Shown here: positions 1 through 7,129 of the stretch, piece by piece | How the letters are laid out: every line of letters begins with the position of its first letter | How positions within the stretch are numbered: position 1 is the first letter of the stretch | Source of the DNA: a virus | Lineage: Duplodnaviria; Caudoviricetes | DNA: 41,648 bases | Strand: one strand, 5' to 3' | IMG/VR virus record: IMGVR_UViG_3300031949_001709 | Span: 1-41,648 of that record | Notes under the pieces: model-generated | Seen by the model: only the letters and a program-made list of their open reading frames with translations | What the model was told of the DNA's origin: nothing | Databases searched by the model: none | Made by a program: the position numbers and the translations under genes

Positions 1-372
1 ATGACCCTCACCCACCATCACCGGAAGCTCCTGCTGCACGCCGCGCGCAACGGCGGGTCCGTTACCGACTACTGGCTGCTCCTCTACGGCACCAGCAAGG
101 AAACGAAGGAATTGCGAGACGCAGAGCTGATCGTGCGGCGGCATACCTGCGAGGGGGAGGCGCTCCGGGAGGCGTGGGAACGCACGGGAAACGCCCTCCT
201 TGAGGAATCTCGCGAGGCGATCGACGGGGCGAATTGGGCCGATGCGGTCGAGCCGCTACAGCGGGCGGAGCAGATCGATCAGGGGCTGCGTGACGGTGCG
301 TGGCACCTGACGGAGAAGGGGTGGGATGAAGCCGAGGCAATGCGGCTTCGAGCGACGGGGCTGGAAATCTGA
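1..372 (+). CDS. Hypothetical phage protein
   Basis: 123-aa ORF co-oriented with the early genes; ends with a winged-helix-like WHLTEKG motif. Confidence 0.55.
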   Translation: MTLTHHHRKLLLHAARNGGSVTDYWLLLYGTSKETKELRDAELIVRRHTCEGEALREAWERTGNALLEESREAIDGANWADAVEPLQRAEQIDQGLRDGAWHLTEKGWDEAEAMRLRATGLEI

Positions 373-488
373 GGGAGGGAGCGATGAGCACGCATACGCC
401 GGGGTTGATATTTACTTGTTACCTGCTTGCTCCAGGCCCTGTAGATACGAGGGGCTTCGCGCCGCCATCACCAAAACGGAGGCCCACG

Positions 489-908
489 ATGCTCACTAGA
501 TACCGCCTCACCAACTCGGACATAGACGCCATGCCCGATCCAACGTGGAAGGTGATCGACGAAGAGCGGGGGGCGGCGCGTAGGGCGATTCGGTCGAGGG
601 AGAACGAGTCGTCCACAGGGTTGCGCGTCGTCCTCCGTAACGTCGTCTCGCCTTGGGTCGCGGGCTTTGGGCTCGCGGCGCTGATCGGCCTGCTCGCGTT
701 CATGGCGGTGGGGTGCGGGCCAGAGCCACTGGAACCGGATTACGGCTGTGCCACACTTTCAACTAATGGCCTTGATCACGGACCTTTCATCATACATTTT
801 GGCCCGCTCGTGAATGGCGGTGGTCTGCTGACTCGCTGCGTTTGTATGGACGGACGGCTACTCCCGACGGACGCGAAGTGGCGTGTAACGCTGGAGAAAG
901 AGCCATGA
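489..908 (+). CDS. Membrane protein with an internal lipobox-like motif
   Basis: GGAGG RBS before ATG 489; hydrophobic stretch WVAGFGLAALIGLLAFMAVG followed by Cys. Confidence 0.6.
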   Translation: MLTRYRLTNSDIDAMPDPTWKVIDEERGAARRAIRSRENESSTGLRVVLRNVVSPWVAGFGLAALIGLLAFMAVGCGPEPLEPDYGCATLSTNGLDHGPFIIHFGPLVNGGGLLTRCVCMDGRLLPTDAKWRVTLEKEP

Positions 909-1144
909 CCCGCTGCTCCGCCTCTCACTTCCTCGCCGCCCCCGAGGCGCGATGGCTCGCGGTGTGGCCGTGCTCGAGTCCGGTCGCTCTCTGCTCGGAT
1001 TGCAGTTTCGTGGTTTTTTTGGCGGGCGGCCACGTCGTGCCGCTGCCGAGGGAATGGAAGTCGGTGCCTCGTCCCGGGGCAGGCACCGAAGTAACGGCGG
1101 TCCCCAGCACGGACCGCCGGGCCGGTGAAGGAGTAGTAACATGA
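905..1144 (+). CDS. Small Cys-containing hypothetical protein
   Basis: ATGA overlaps with both neighbours; CxxC motif. Confidence 0.5.
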   Translation: MTRCSASHFLAAPEARWLAVWPCSSPVALCSDCSFVVFLAGGHVVPLPREWKSVPRPGAGTEVTAVPSTDRRAGEGVVT

Positions 1145-1338
1145 TAGCGTATCAAGACCCAGATCATCGCGGCAATTCGGCTAAGTATCACACCGGAAAG
1201 TCATGTATCGAATCAGGGTGTGAACGGCCCGCTGGAACTGCATGGAGTAAGTATTACTGCTTTCCATGCAATGTTGCACGGATAGACCGTATTACTAGAC
1301 AGCTTGAAACAATCACAGGTAAGCCGATCGGAGGCTGA
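1141..1338 (+). CDS. Small putative zinc-binding protein
   Basis: AAGGAG RBS; CxxxxC and CxxC motifs; lower GC than neighbours. Confidence 0.65.
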   Translation: MIAYQDPDHRGNSAKYHTGKSCIESGCERPAGTAWSKYYCFPCNVARIDRITRQLETITGKPIGG

Positions 1339-1351
1339 TCGGGCCGTGCTT

Positions 1352-1421
1352 CACTGGCATCGGCTAATACGGCGAACGTTACCGGCATAGCCGCTAATCT
1401 CAGCCGGAGTCGGTGCCAGTG
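1352..1421 (+). ncRNA. 14-bp RNA stem with structured interior, directly upstream of tRNA-like element 1
   Basis: CACTGGCATCGGCT (1352-1365) pairs with AGTCGGTGCCAGTG (1408-1421), including two G-U pairs; intergenic. Confidence 0.55.
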
Positions 1422-1423
1422 CA

Positions 1424-1541
1424 GGACGGTGCGGCGGCGTGGCGAGAGATGCCCGGTTGAGCCGACAGAACCCGGCAGACGATACGGGGAGCGGTGTGTG
1501 CCGATCCCAAGCCGGTTGAATTCCGGCCCGCACCGTCTCTA
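1424..1541 (+). ncRNA. tRNA-like element 1 (degenerate cloverleaf with extended acceptor stem)
   Basis: GGACGGTGCGG pairs with CCGCACCGTCT (11 bp); D-like arm GCGT-GGCGAGAG-ATGC; T-like arm GCCGG-TTGAATT-CCGGC (1511-1527); no canonical 7-nt anticodon loop. Confidence 0.65.
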
Positions 1542-1551
1542 AAGGAGCAGC

Positions 1552-1818
1552 ATGAGTTGTTCGACGTGCCTGGAAACGTCGGGCCACCGCGACGGATGCC
1601 CGGAAGCTCCCCAGCAGGAGCCGGTGGAGTGTGACGGGACCTGCAACTGTAGCGGTGATGGGCCGTGCAGGTGGTATGAGTCCGAGCAGCGGTGCGGGTA
1701 CGTCGTCGGCAGGGGGTACGTCAGCGGCATTGGTGAGAACGAGGATATCGAGCCATGCCGCCGCTGCGAAGGCGAGGGCTCGTACATACCGGAGTGGGCG
1801 GAGTATGACCCGACGTAG
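1552..1818 (+). CDS. Small Cys-rich zinc-finger protein
   Basis: AAGGAG RBS; several CxxC motifs including DnaJ-like CRRCEGEG. Confidence 0.65.
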   Translation: MSCSTCLETSGHRDGCPEAPQQEPVECDGTCNCSGDGPCRWYESEQRCGYVVGRGYVSGIGENEDIEPCRRCEGEGSYIPEWAEYDPT

Positions 1819-1842
1819 GTGGGTGCGGAATAGGGGGCGGGG

Positions 1843-2091
1843 GTGATCAGATCACCGATGGACACGCTGCTCGACAAGATCGACTGGTTCGAGATATACT
1901 TCGAGAACCCGCCGCCGGCCGATGGTTTGCCGGTAGCGACCCACAAAGGAATGTTACGATTCGGTGCGATCGAACTCCGGTGCTACCAGCTTTCGGACGG
2001 TAGGCGCGTGTTCAACGCCGACGATATCCACCGGGTCTTCGGTATCACAATTAAGCAGGCCGTCCACGCAGTAACGGGAACGGCCCGGTGA
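1843..2091 (+). CDS. Small protein resembling the N-terminal region of P63C-domain phage proteins
   Basis: Motif GMLRFGAIELRCYQLSDGRRV; start may be ATG 1858. Confidence 0.55.
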   Translation: MIRSPMDTLLDKIDWFEIYFENPPPADGLPVATHKGMLRFGAIELRCYQLSDGRRVFNADDIHRVFGITIKQAVHAVTGTAR

Positions 2092-2114
2092 AATCAACCC
2101 AATAGGGGGTACAA

Positions 2115-2462
2115 ATGAAAGTGAGTGAAGCGTTTCCAAGCAGGTACTTGGCAGGGGACGATCTCGGTGGAAGAAGGATTGAAGTTATCATCAGGGAAGT
2201 AATCCTTGAAGAGGTGGGTGATGAAAAAGAGAACAAACCTATCCTCTACTTTGAGGGTAAGCGCAAGGGCATGGTGCTCAACAAGACGAATGCCACTGTT
2301 CTTGCAGAAACATTCGGGGATGATATGGAGGATTGGACCGGGCGCAAAATTGAACTCAGGACCGAGAAGGTGTCGTTTCAGGGAAAGATTCACAACGCTC
2401 TTCGTGTCCAGCCTGTCGAGCCACCTGCGGAAGATCGAAGTGGGGATGAACCGCCTTTTTAG
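2115..2462 (+). CDS. Probable phage single-stranded DNA-binding protein
   Basis: AFPSRYL...KPILYF...MVLNKTN pattern, acidic C-terminal tail DEPPF, adjacent to an exonuclease. Confidence 0.65.
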   Translation: MKVSEAFPSRYLAGDDLGGRRIEVIIREVILEEVGDEKENKPILYFEGKRKGMVLNKTNATVLAETFGDDMEDWTGRKIELRTEKVSFQGKIHNALRVQPVEPPAEDRSGDEPPF

Positions 2463-2470
2463 GAGAATGT

Positions 2471-2908
2471 ATGGCACATCCCATTGAGCGTTTCATAGAT
2501 GCAGTAGAATATGATCTTACGTCTACATGCTGGCTATGGTCAAGATCCACTACACCTAAAGGATATGGTGAATTTCATGCCGACGGGAAAGTTAGGCGTG
2601 CTCATCGCTGGGCCTATGAACACTATATTGGTGCGATTCCTGAAGGCATGGTTGTTGACCACCTTTGTTGCAACACTTTATGTGTCAATCCAGAGCATCT
2701 TGAAGTAGTCACCCAACGCGAAAATATCATCCGTGGAAACGCCCCGGCAGCCAAGCAATTCCGCCAAACCGAATGTATCCACGGCCATCCTTTTGATGAG
2801 CAGAATACCTACATTAACCCTGAGGGCCGCCGACAATGCAAAAGTTGCCGCCGTGCCATAGACAGGAGACGATATGGCGCGTCCAAAAACCGGGTATATA
2901 CTTGCTGA
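2471..2908 (+). CDS. HNH endonuclease (possible homing endonuclease)
   Basis: CWLW...GYG...AHR...DHLC.N..CVNPEHL...EN; C-terminal CIHGH and CKSC; low GC, sits between SSB and exonuclease. Confidence 0.9.
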   Translation: MAHPIERFIDAVEYDLTSTCWLWSRSTTPKGYGEFHADGKVRRAHRWAYEHYIGAIPEGMVVDHLCCNTLCVNPEHLEVVTQRENIIRGNAPAAKQFRQTECIHGHPFDEQNTYINPEGRRQCKSCRRAIDRRRYGASKNRVYTC

Positions 2909-3524
2909 CGGAACACGAGTACCTGGAGTAACAACCATCATTTCTAGGTTTAAGGAATCAGGCGGCTTGATTGCGTGGGCCTGGGACCTTGGAATGCAAG
3001 GGCTTGACTACCGCGAGGTGCGAGACGCAGCCGCATCCTCCGGTACGCTGGCGCACGAGATGATTGAGGCGTTCTTGCACAAGAAGGACCCGCAAGAATC
3101 TCTCAAGGACGTCTCGGCGGAACTCGCATCCAAAGCGCGAAAAGGGTTCGAGGCGTTCGAGGAATGGGCGAAGCGCAGCAAGATGGAGGTCGTGGCGACA
3201 GAGGAGCCGCTGGTTTCAGAGAAGTACCGCTTCGGCGGAACGCCAGATGCGATTATCCTCGTGGACGGGAAGTTGTCGGTTGGGGACTGGAAGACCGCCA
3301 ACCGGCTCTACCCTGACAACTTGCTTCAACTTGCCGCCTACAAGGTTCTCTGGGAGGAGAATCATCCGAAGGACACCATCGAGAGCTTCGATATCATGCG
3401 CTTTTCCAAGGAAGAAGCAGACTTCGTTCACGCGCACTTCGGGCAATTGGATGATGCATGGCGAATGTTCGTGCTTTACCGAGAGGCTTACGAACTGGAC
3501 AAGGTACTTAAAAAGAGGGTGTGA
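2874..3524 (+). CDS. PD-(D/E)XK exonuclease (RecB/Cas4-like phage nuclease)
   Basis: PGVTTII, GTLAHEMIE, GGTPD...DWKT, QLAAY motifs. Confidence 0.88.
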   Translation: MARPKTGYILADGTRVPGVTTIISRFKESGGLIAWAWDLGMQGLDYREVRDAAASSGTLAHEMIEAFLHKKDPQESLKDVSAELASKARKGFEAFEEWAKRSKMEVVATEEPLVSEKYRFGGTPDAIILVDGKLSVGDWKTANRLYPDNLLQLAAYKVLWEENHPKDTIESFDIMRFSKEEADFVHAHFGQLDDAWRMFVLYREAYELDKVLKKRV

Positions 3525-3643
3525 TGGAGAACGAGCCGACAGTTACCTCCCAAGCCGCCGCCGAACGCGATCGGAAGATCGACGCCGCCTATCAGCGGTA
3601 CAAGGATCGGCGGAAGTGGGATCACATGATGAGGGAGACATGA
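3524..3643 (+). CDS. 39-aa hypothetical protein (not in ORF track)
   Basis: TGATG overlap upstream and ATGA overlap downstream; MENEPTVTSQ...DHMMRET. Confidence 0.5.
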   Translation: MENEPTVTSQAAAERDRKIDAAYQRYKDRRKWDHMMRET

Positions 3644-3906
3644 GTGAACCGTGGCGGGTAGCTTGCATTCTGAGCAGTGAAGGATACAAGCCTGGCGATC
3701 CGCATCCAGAAGGCTACTTAGCTGAAGTGGAATGGGCCGATGTTCAGTTAAAAGCCGGGCTCCGACAACGCGTTTGCGGGCGATGTGGTAAGTGGAAGTT
3801 CCCTCAAGAACTTAGTGACTTAATTGATATATCGAAACTGCGTTCCGTGATTGGTACGATTACAGTTCGTCATGCTGTGTGCAACAAATGTGTGAGCAAA
3901 CCATGA
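3640..3906 (+). CDS. Small zinc-ribbon protein
   Basis: GGGAG RBS, ATG 3640; CGRC and CNKC motifs. Confidence 0.65.
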   Translation: MSEPWRVACILSSEGYKPGDPHPEGYLAEVEWADVQLKAGLRQRVCGRCGKWKFPQELSDLIDISKLRSVIGTITVRHAVCNKCVSKP

Positions 3907-4124
3907 CCTACCCCCGCCGCTCCTCGCCCGATGCGGACCGGAAGATGACCCGCGCTGAGAAGTGGGAGGTTCTTCTAGAGGAGTTCGATGCGTGGAAGGT
4001 GGAGCAGGACGCGCTCCCGCCGTGGGTTCCGTGCTCAGAGTGTGAGCAGATGTTTCGGGAGGGAGCGGAGCACGAATGCGCGGGTGAGGAAGAACCGGGT
4101 CCCGCGAACGCGAGCCCGGGTTAG
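3903..4124 (+). CDS. Small hypothetical protein with CxxC...HxC
   Basis: ATGA coupling; CSEC...HEC. Confidence 0.55.
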   Translation: MTYPRRSSPDADRKMTRAEKWEVLLEEFDAWKVEQDALPPWVPCSECEQMFREGAEHECAGEEEPGPANASPG

Positions 4125-4244
4125 CCTGGAGAGTCCAGGCGGCGCGTCCCGAGTTACGAAGTTCTCGGGCCGTGCTCGATCCGTATCGGTGAAGTGGGTC
4201 GCCTGGAAGTGGATGGAACGTGGCATCCCATCGGTGCGGATCAA

Positions 4245-4397
4245 GGACGGTTGCGGTGGCCCGGCGAACCGGGATCATAGACCTTAGAAGCCGCTGTGTC
4301 TGAAGGTCCGCGATGATGCGGATGACGCGGGTACACCTTGTGGGCCAGCCTACGCGCAGCCCGATAGGTTATGGATGCGGTTCGCAACCGTCCACCA
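4245..4397 (+). ncRNA. tRNA-terminus-like element 2 (12-bp terminal helix plus ACCA)
   Basis: GGACGGTTGCGG (4245-4256) pairs with TCGCAACCGTCC (4382-4393), followed by ACCA; several internal hairpins. Confidence 0.65.
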
Positions 4398-4542
4398 ACG
4401 AGTTGTAGACGGCGCTCCTTCGGAGCATGTAAACGTGCCGTTGACTAACGTACAGTCAACCTTCGACAGCAAGTAGCTATCGAATGCAGTAAGTGTCTCT
4501 TCCCATCCCGCACCGTTGCACGTTGAGCGCGGGGCCGTCCAA

Positions 4543-4721
4543 GGACGGTTGCGGCGGCGTGACGGAATACCGGAATACTGCTGAGGCGGTCATCCGTGAT
4601 CCGTATGCCACGCAAGGGCGGTTTCGGAAGTGCCAAGCACAGGCAGGGGCGCTCGGATACTGAGAGACATGCGGCGCGCCGGTGTCCACAGTTCAAACGT
4701 CGAGCCCGCAACCGCCCACCT
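4543..4721 (+). ncRNA. tRNA-terminus-like element 3
   Basis: GGACGGTTGCGG (4543-4554) pairs with CCGCAACCGCCC (4706-4717, one mismatch), followed by ACCT; starts CGGCGTG like element 1. Confidence 0.6.
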
Positions 4722-4841
4722 ATACGACGGTGCCGAAAGGCATGGTAACGTGCCGGGGTCTGCCCGACCTCGTTAGACTCTACCCCATCCCATGCAAGGC
4801 GCACGACCTAGCGTGGGGCCGTCGTGAGAGAGGCGGTGACC

Positions 4842-5006
4842 GTGGCATACGGAATGACGGAACGCGGCGAGAGCCATCAGACTAAGCATGGCCGCAGTTA
4901 TCACAAATGGCTCAAGAAGGCAAAGGCCCGAGTTGAGCGACGACGGGCCAAGAAAGACCCGGAATGTCCACCGGCCTATCGGCGTTTTCATGGATGGGAA
5001 ACTTGA
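4842..5006 (+). CDS. Small basic hypothetical protein
   Basis: GTG start after GAGG; Lys/Arg-rich helix WLKKAKARVERRRAKK. Confidence 0.55.
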   Translation: MAYGMTERGESHQTKHGRSYHKWLKKAKARVERRRAKKDPECPPAYRRFHGWET

Positions 5007-5047
5007 ATGCCGCCCCCGATGAAAGCGGGGGCGTGAGGGGAGGAGCG

Positions 5048-5116
5048 ATGGAAGAGGGACCAACTCTGGTATGCCCCATTTGCGGTCGGCCGTGGGGCAC
5101 ATGTCCGCATACGTGA
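5048..5116 (+). CDS. 22-aa Cys-rich micro-protein (not in ORF track)
   Basis: GGAGGAG RBS; MEEGPTLVCPICGRPWGTCPHT. Confidence 0.45.
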   Translation: MEEGPTLVCPICGRPWGTCPHT

Positions 5117-5321
5117 CAGCGGGGGCGTGAGAGAGAGTCACCGGACAGGATGGGAGTTTCCGCCTGCTTCGATCCTCGCCGAGCCCGTCCCCGACGTGCC
5201 GGAGGACGTGGCGCGGTAAAGGCGTGTCGCCTCGTTCTGACGCCGGTTCCGTGGACTCCACGACAGGCGACTAACATACGCGCATTAGCTAGAACAGTCG
5301 TGGATCGCATGAAGGAGCGCC

Positions 5322-5513
5322 ATGGGTGAATCTTCGTATCCAATAAATGTCACCATCCCGGTAGGGCGCAAAAACATCTTTGAACTGCGCTTAAAGAAAC
5401 CTGTGCGCTCCGATGAGTGGCACATTATAGCCAGTCTTTTTCGGCTGATACAGCCAGGAGTAACTTGCCATAAACGACGACGTAAAACAAATCCAGGTCA
5501 ACTTGCCGTTTGA
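5322..5513 (+). CDS. Small hypothetical protein
   Basis: AAGGAG RBS; lower GC. Confidence 0.5.
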   Translation: MGESSYPINVTIPVGRKNIFELRLKKPVRSDEWHIIASLFRLIQPGVTCHKRRRKTNPGQLAV

Positions 5514-5527
5514 GAGAGTGCCGCTAG

Positions 5528-5758
5528 ATGCAACTGATAGAGGACTACTGCCGAGAGCGGCTGACGGCTGTGGCTGCACAATTCGGCGCCCCCTCCACGC
5601 CCGCGCGCCGTCTTCGAGGAGTAGATATGTGGAAGCAATGCTTGTGCGACCCTACGTGGCGACAGTATCACCCAGATCGCCGTGACTGCAAACTGCCGTG
5701 GTGGCGATACCATACCCGGATACTTCGTAGGTTTTTCTATGATAGGTTCGGCGTTTAG
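5528..5758 (+). CDS. Small hypothetical protein
   Basis: 76-aa ORF filling a gap in the early operon; start uncertain. Confidence 0.35.
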   Translation: MQLIEDYCRERLTAVAAQFGAPSTPARRLRGVDMWKQCLCDPTWRQYHPDRRDCKLPWWRYHTRILRRFFYDRFGV

Positions 5759-5769
5759 TAGGAGGACCG

Positions 5770-5874
5770 ATGCTGATCACCTGTCCACGCTGTGAGGAAC
5801 TGGCCTTCGTGGATTGTGACACCTGCCCGCGCTGTTACGGTGCTGGGGAAATCGAGGTCGATGAAAATGGGTAG
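5770..5874 (+). CDS. 34-aa DnaJ-type zinc-finger micro-protein (not in ORF track)
   Basis: AGGAGG RBS; MLITCPRCEELAFVDCDTCPRCYGAGEIEVDENG. Confidence 0.6.
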   Translation: MLITCPRCEELAFVDCDTCPRCYGAGEIEVDENG

Positions 5875-5953
5875 CAGAAGTAGAAGTGATGGGTGAGGAG
5901 GCGCAATCAGTTCAAAAGCTTGCCCACTCCGTCGTGGAGCGCATGGAGAAGCG

Positions 5954-6250
5954 ATGAGTGAAAAGTGCTGGTGTGTCACCGATAGACGCTTACATACTGA
6001 ATTCTGCCCACTCTACTTGCGGGTAGAGCGTATGAAGCGCGAGCGAGATGCGCTGCTGGAGGCAGCGCAGATAATTCACACGGCCTACATGGGGTCTGGC
6101 GAGCCTGACGATTTGAGTGATGCTGATTGGCAATCGTTTGAGCGCGCCATTGCCGCGTGCGAGAAGAAGGAGCGTGATTGTCCACACGTCGGATGCCCAA
6201 GCATAGGCCAGCACAAGCATGAGAGTGGTACACAGGCAAAGGAGGGCTGA
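5954..6250 (+). CDS. Hypothetical phage protein
   Basis: GGAG RBS; TGATG coupling to the next gene. Confidence 0.6.
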   Translation: MSEKCWCVTDRRLHTEFCPLYLRVERMKRERDALLEAAQIIHTAYMGSGEPDDLSDADWQSFERAIAACEKKERDCPHVGCPSIGQHKHESGTQAKEG

Positions 6251-6507
6251 TGTCAAAACCGGCGATAGAGGCGGTGAGCAACCTTCTCGGAAGCAGTGTC
6301 GTCGAGTGCCCGTGGGACGAGGTAGCGCAGTCTTACGCAGAAGGGCTGATCGACGCCGCCTTCGCCAAGCGCACCGAGACGGCGCGAAGGTTGAGGGATG
6401 AAGTGTTGCGCTTCCACAAACACGAGGAACGCACTTGCATTTATGCAGATGACTGCTCGCTATACAAGAGCATCGACGCCTTCGATACCGAGTGGGGGAC
6501 AGAATGA
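6250..6507 (+). CDS. Hypothetical phage protein
   Basis: GGAGG RBS; coupled on both sides. Confidence 0.6.
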   Translation: MSKPAIEAVSNLLGSSVVECPWDEVAQSYAEGLIDAAFAKRTETARRLRDEVLRFHKHEERTCIYADDCSLYKSIDAFDTEWGTE

Positions 6508-6731
6508 GTGACTGGATCAAAGTGGCCGCTGCCAACCTCATGATCGAGATGCGCCCAACAGACAAGTTAGATGATGTTGCAAGCATCATCCGCGCCGCCT
6601 ACGCCCCCCACGCCGCGAAGGTCCGGACTCTGGTGGAGGTGGTGGAGACGCACAAGGAATGGTGCGCGATTGCGACGCAAGATGAGCTTGAAGATGCGCT
6701 TCGCGCCGTGAAGGAGGACTTGGACCTATGA
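6504..6731 (+). CDS. Hypothetical phage protein sharing a 19-codon block with the next gene
   Basis: ATGA overlap; contains AKVRTLVEVVETHKEWCAI. Confidence 0.6.
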   Translation: MSDWIKVAAANLMIEMRPTDKLDDVASIIRAAYAPHAAKVRTLVEVVETHKEWCAIATQDELEDALRAVKEDLDL

Positions 6732-7080
6732 CCGAACCTAACTGGCAGGCCATCGCGGAGCAGGCGGTGGAGGTATGTTGGCGCGTAGCGCGCGGAGATT
6801 TAGGGAGCAAAGCTGAGGACGATGCGCGCAAGGTTATAGTTATCTACGAAGCCGCCACGCACAAGCCGGACGCGGCGAAGATGGCGGCGGTGCGAATTGA
6901 GACGTTGATCCATCCTCCTGGTGAGCATGGCAGCACGTCAGCATATCCCGCTTACTGTCCTGGGATATCCGTGCTCACCAACATCATCCGCGAGGAAATC
7001 GCCCGCGACAACGCCGAGCGGGACGCGAAGGTCCGGACTCTGGTGGAGGTGGTGGAGACGCACAAGGAATGGTGCGCGAT
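6614..7080 (+). repeat. Exact 57-bp direct repeat (6614-6670 and 7024-7080)
   Basis: CGCGAAGGTCCGGACTCTGGTGGAGGTGGTGGAGACGCACAAGGAATGGTGCGCGAT occurs twice, 410 bp apart. Confidence 0.95.
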
Positions 7081-7129
7081 AGGGAACATCACCGGGAGTT
7101 TTCTCCAAGCACTTTCGAGTCGTGGTTAA
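6728..7129 (+). CDS. Hypothetical phage protein
   Basis: ATGA overlap; carries the second repeat copy in the same reading phase. Confidence 0.6.
   Translation: MTEPNWQAIAEQAVEVCWRVARGDLGSKAEDDARKVIVIYEAATHKPDAAKMAAVRIETLIHPPGEHGSTSAYPAYCPGISVLTNIIREEIARDNAERDAKVRTLVEVVETHKEWCAIGNITGSFLQALSSRG

Larger units (their letters stand above)
4124..4826 (+). ncRNA. ~700-nt densely structured non-coding block
   Basis: No credible ORF; nearly continuous hairpins and multibranch domains with G-U pairs and a GAAA tetraloop (TGCC-GAAA-GGCA). Confidence 0.65.

Noticed and set aside
1361-1411. Twister ribozyme (stem followed by TAA...GC)
   Set aside because: No P2 partner strand and the loop does not fit the twister pseudoknots
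3064-3639. 280-aa ORF as listed in the track
   Set aside because: The first 192 codons overlap the exonuclease and the 39-aa ORF off-frame; the real start is ATG 3640 with an RBS
4245-4721. Canonical tRNAs or tmRNA
   Set aside because: Elements 2 and 3 have no T-arm next to the 3' strand, no anticodon arm and no tag reading frame; only the terminal helix and ACCA/ACCT end are tRNA-like
5148-5224. HDV-like ribozyme (7-bp P1, TCCTCGC loop, crossing CGCCT/AGGCG pairing)
   Set aside because: No GG after P1 for P1.1, P3 register does not fit, and no catalytic C is positioned before P2; kept only as generic structure
6614-7080. Diversity-generating retroelement template/variable repeat, or CRISPR array
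   Set aside because: The two copies are identical with no adenine-specific differences, there is no reverse transcriptase, and two 57-bp copies 410 bp apart are not an array
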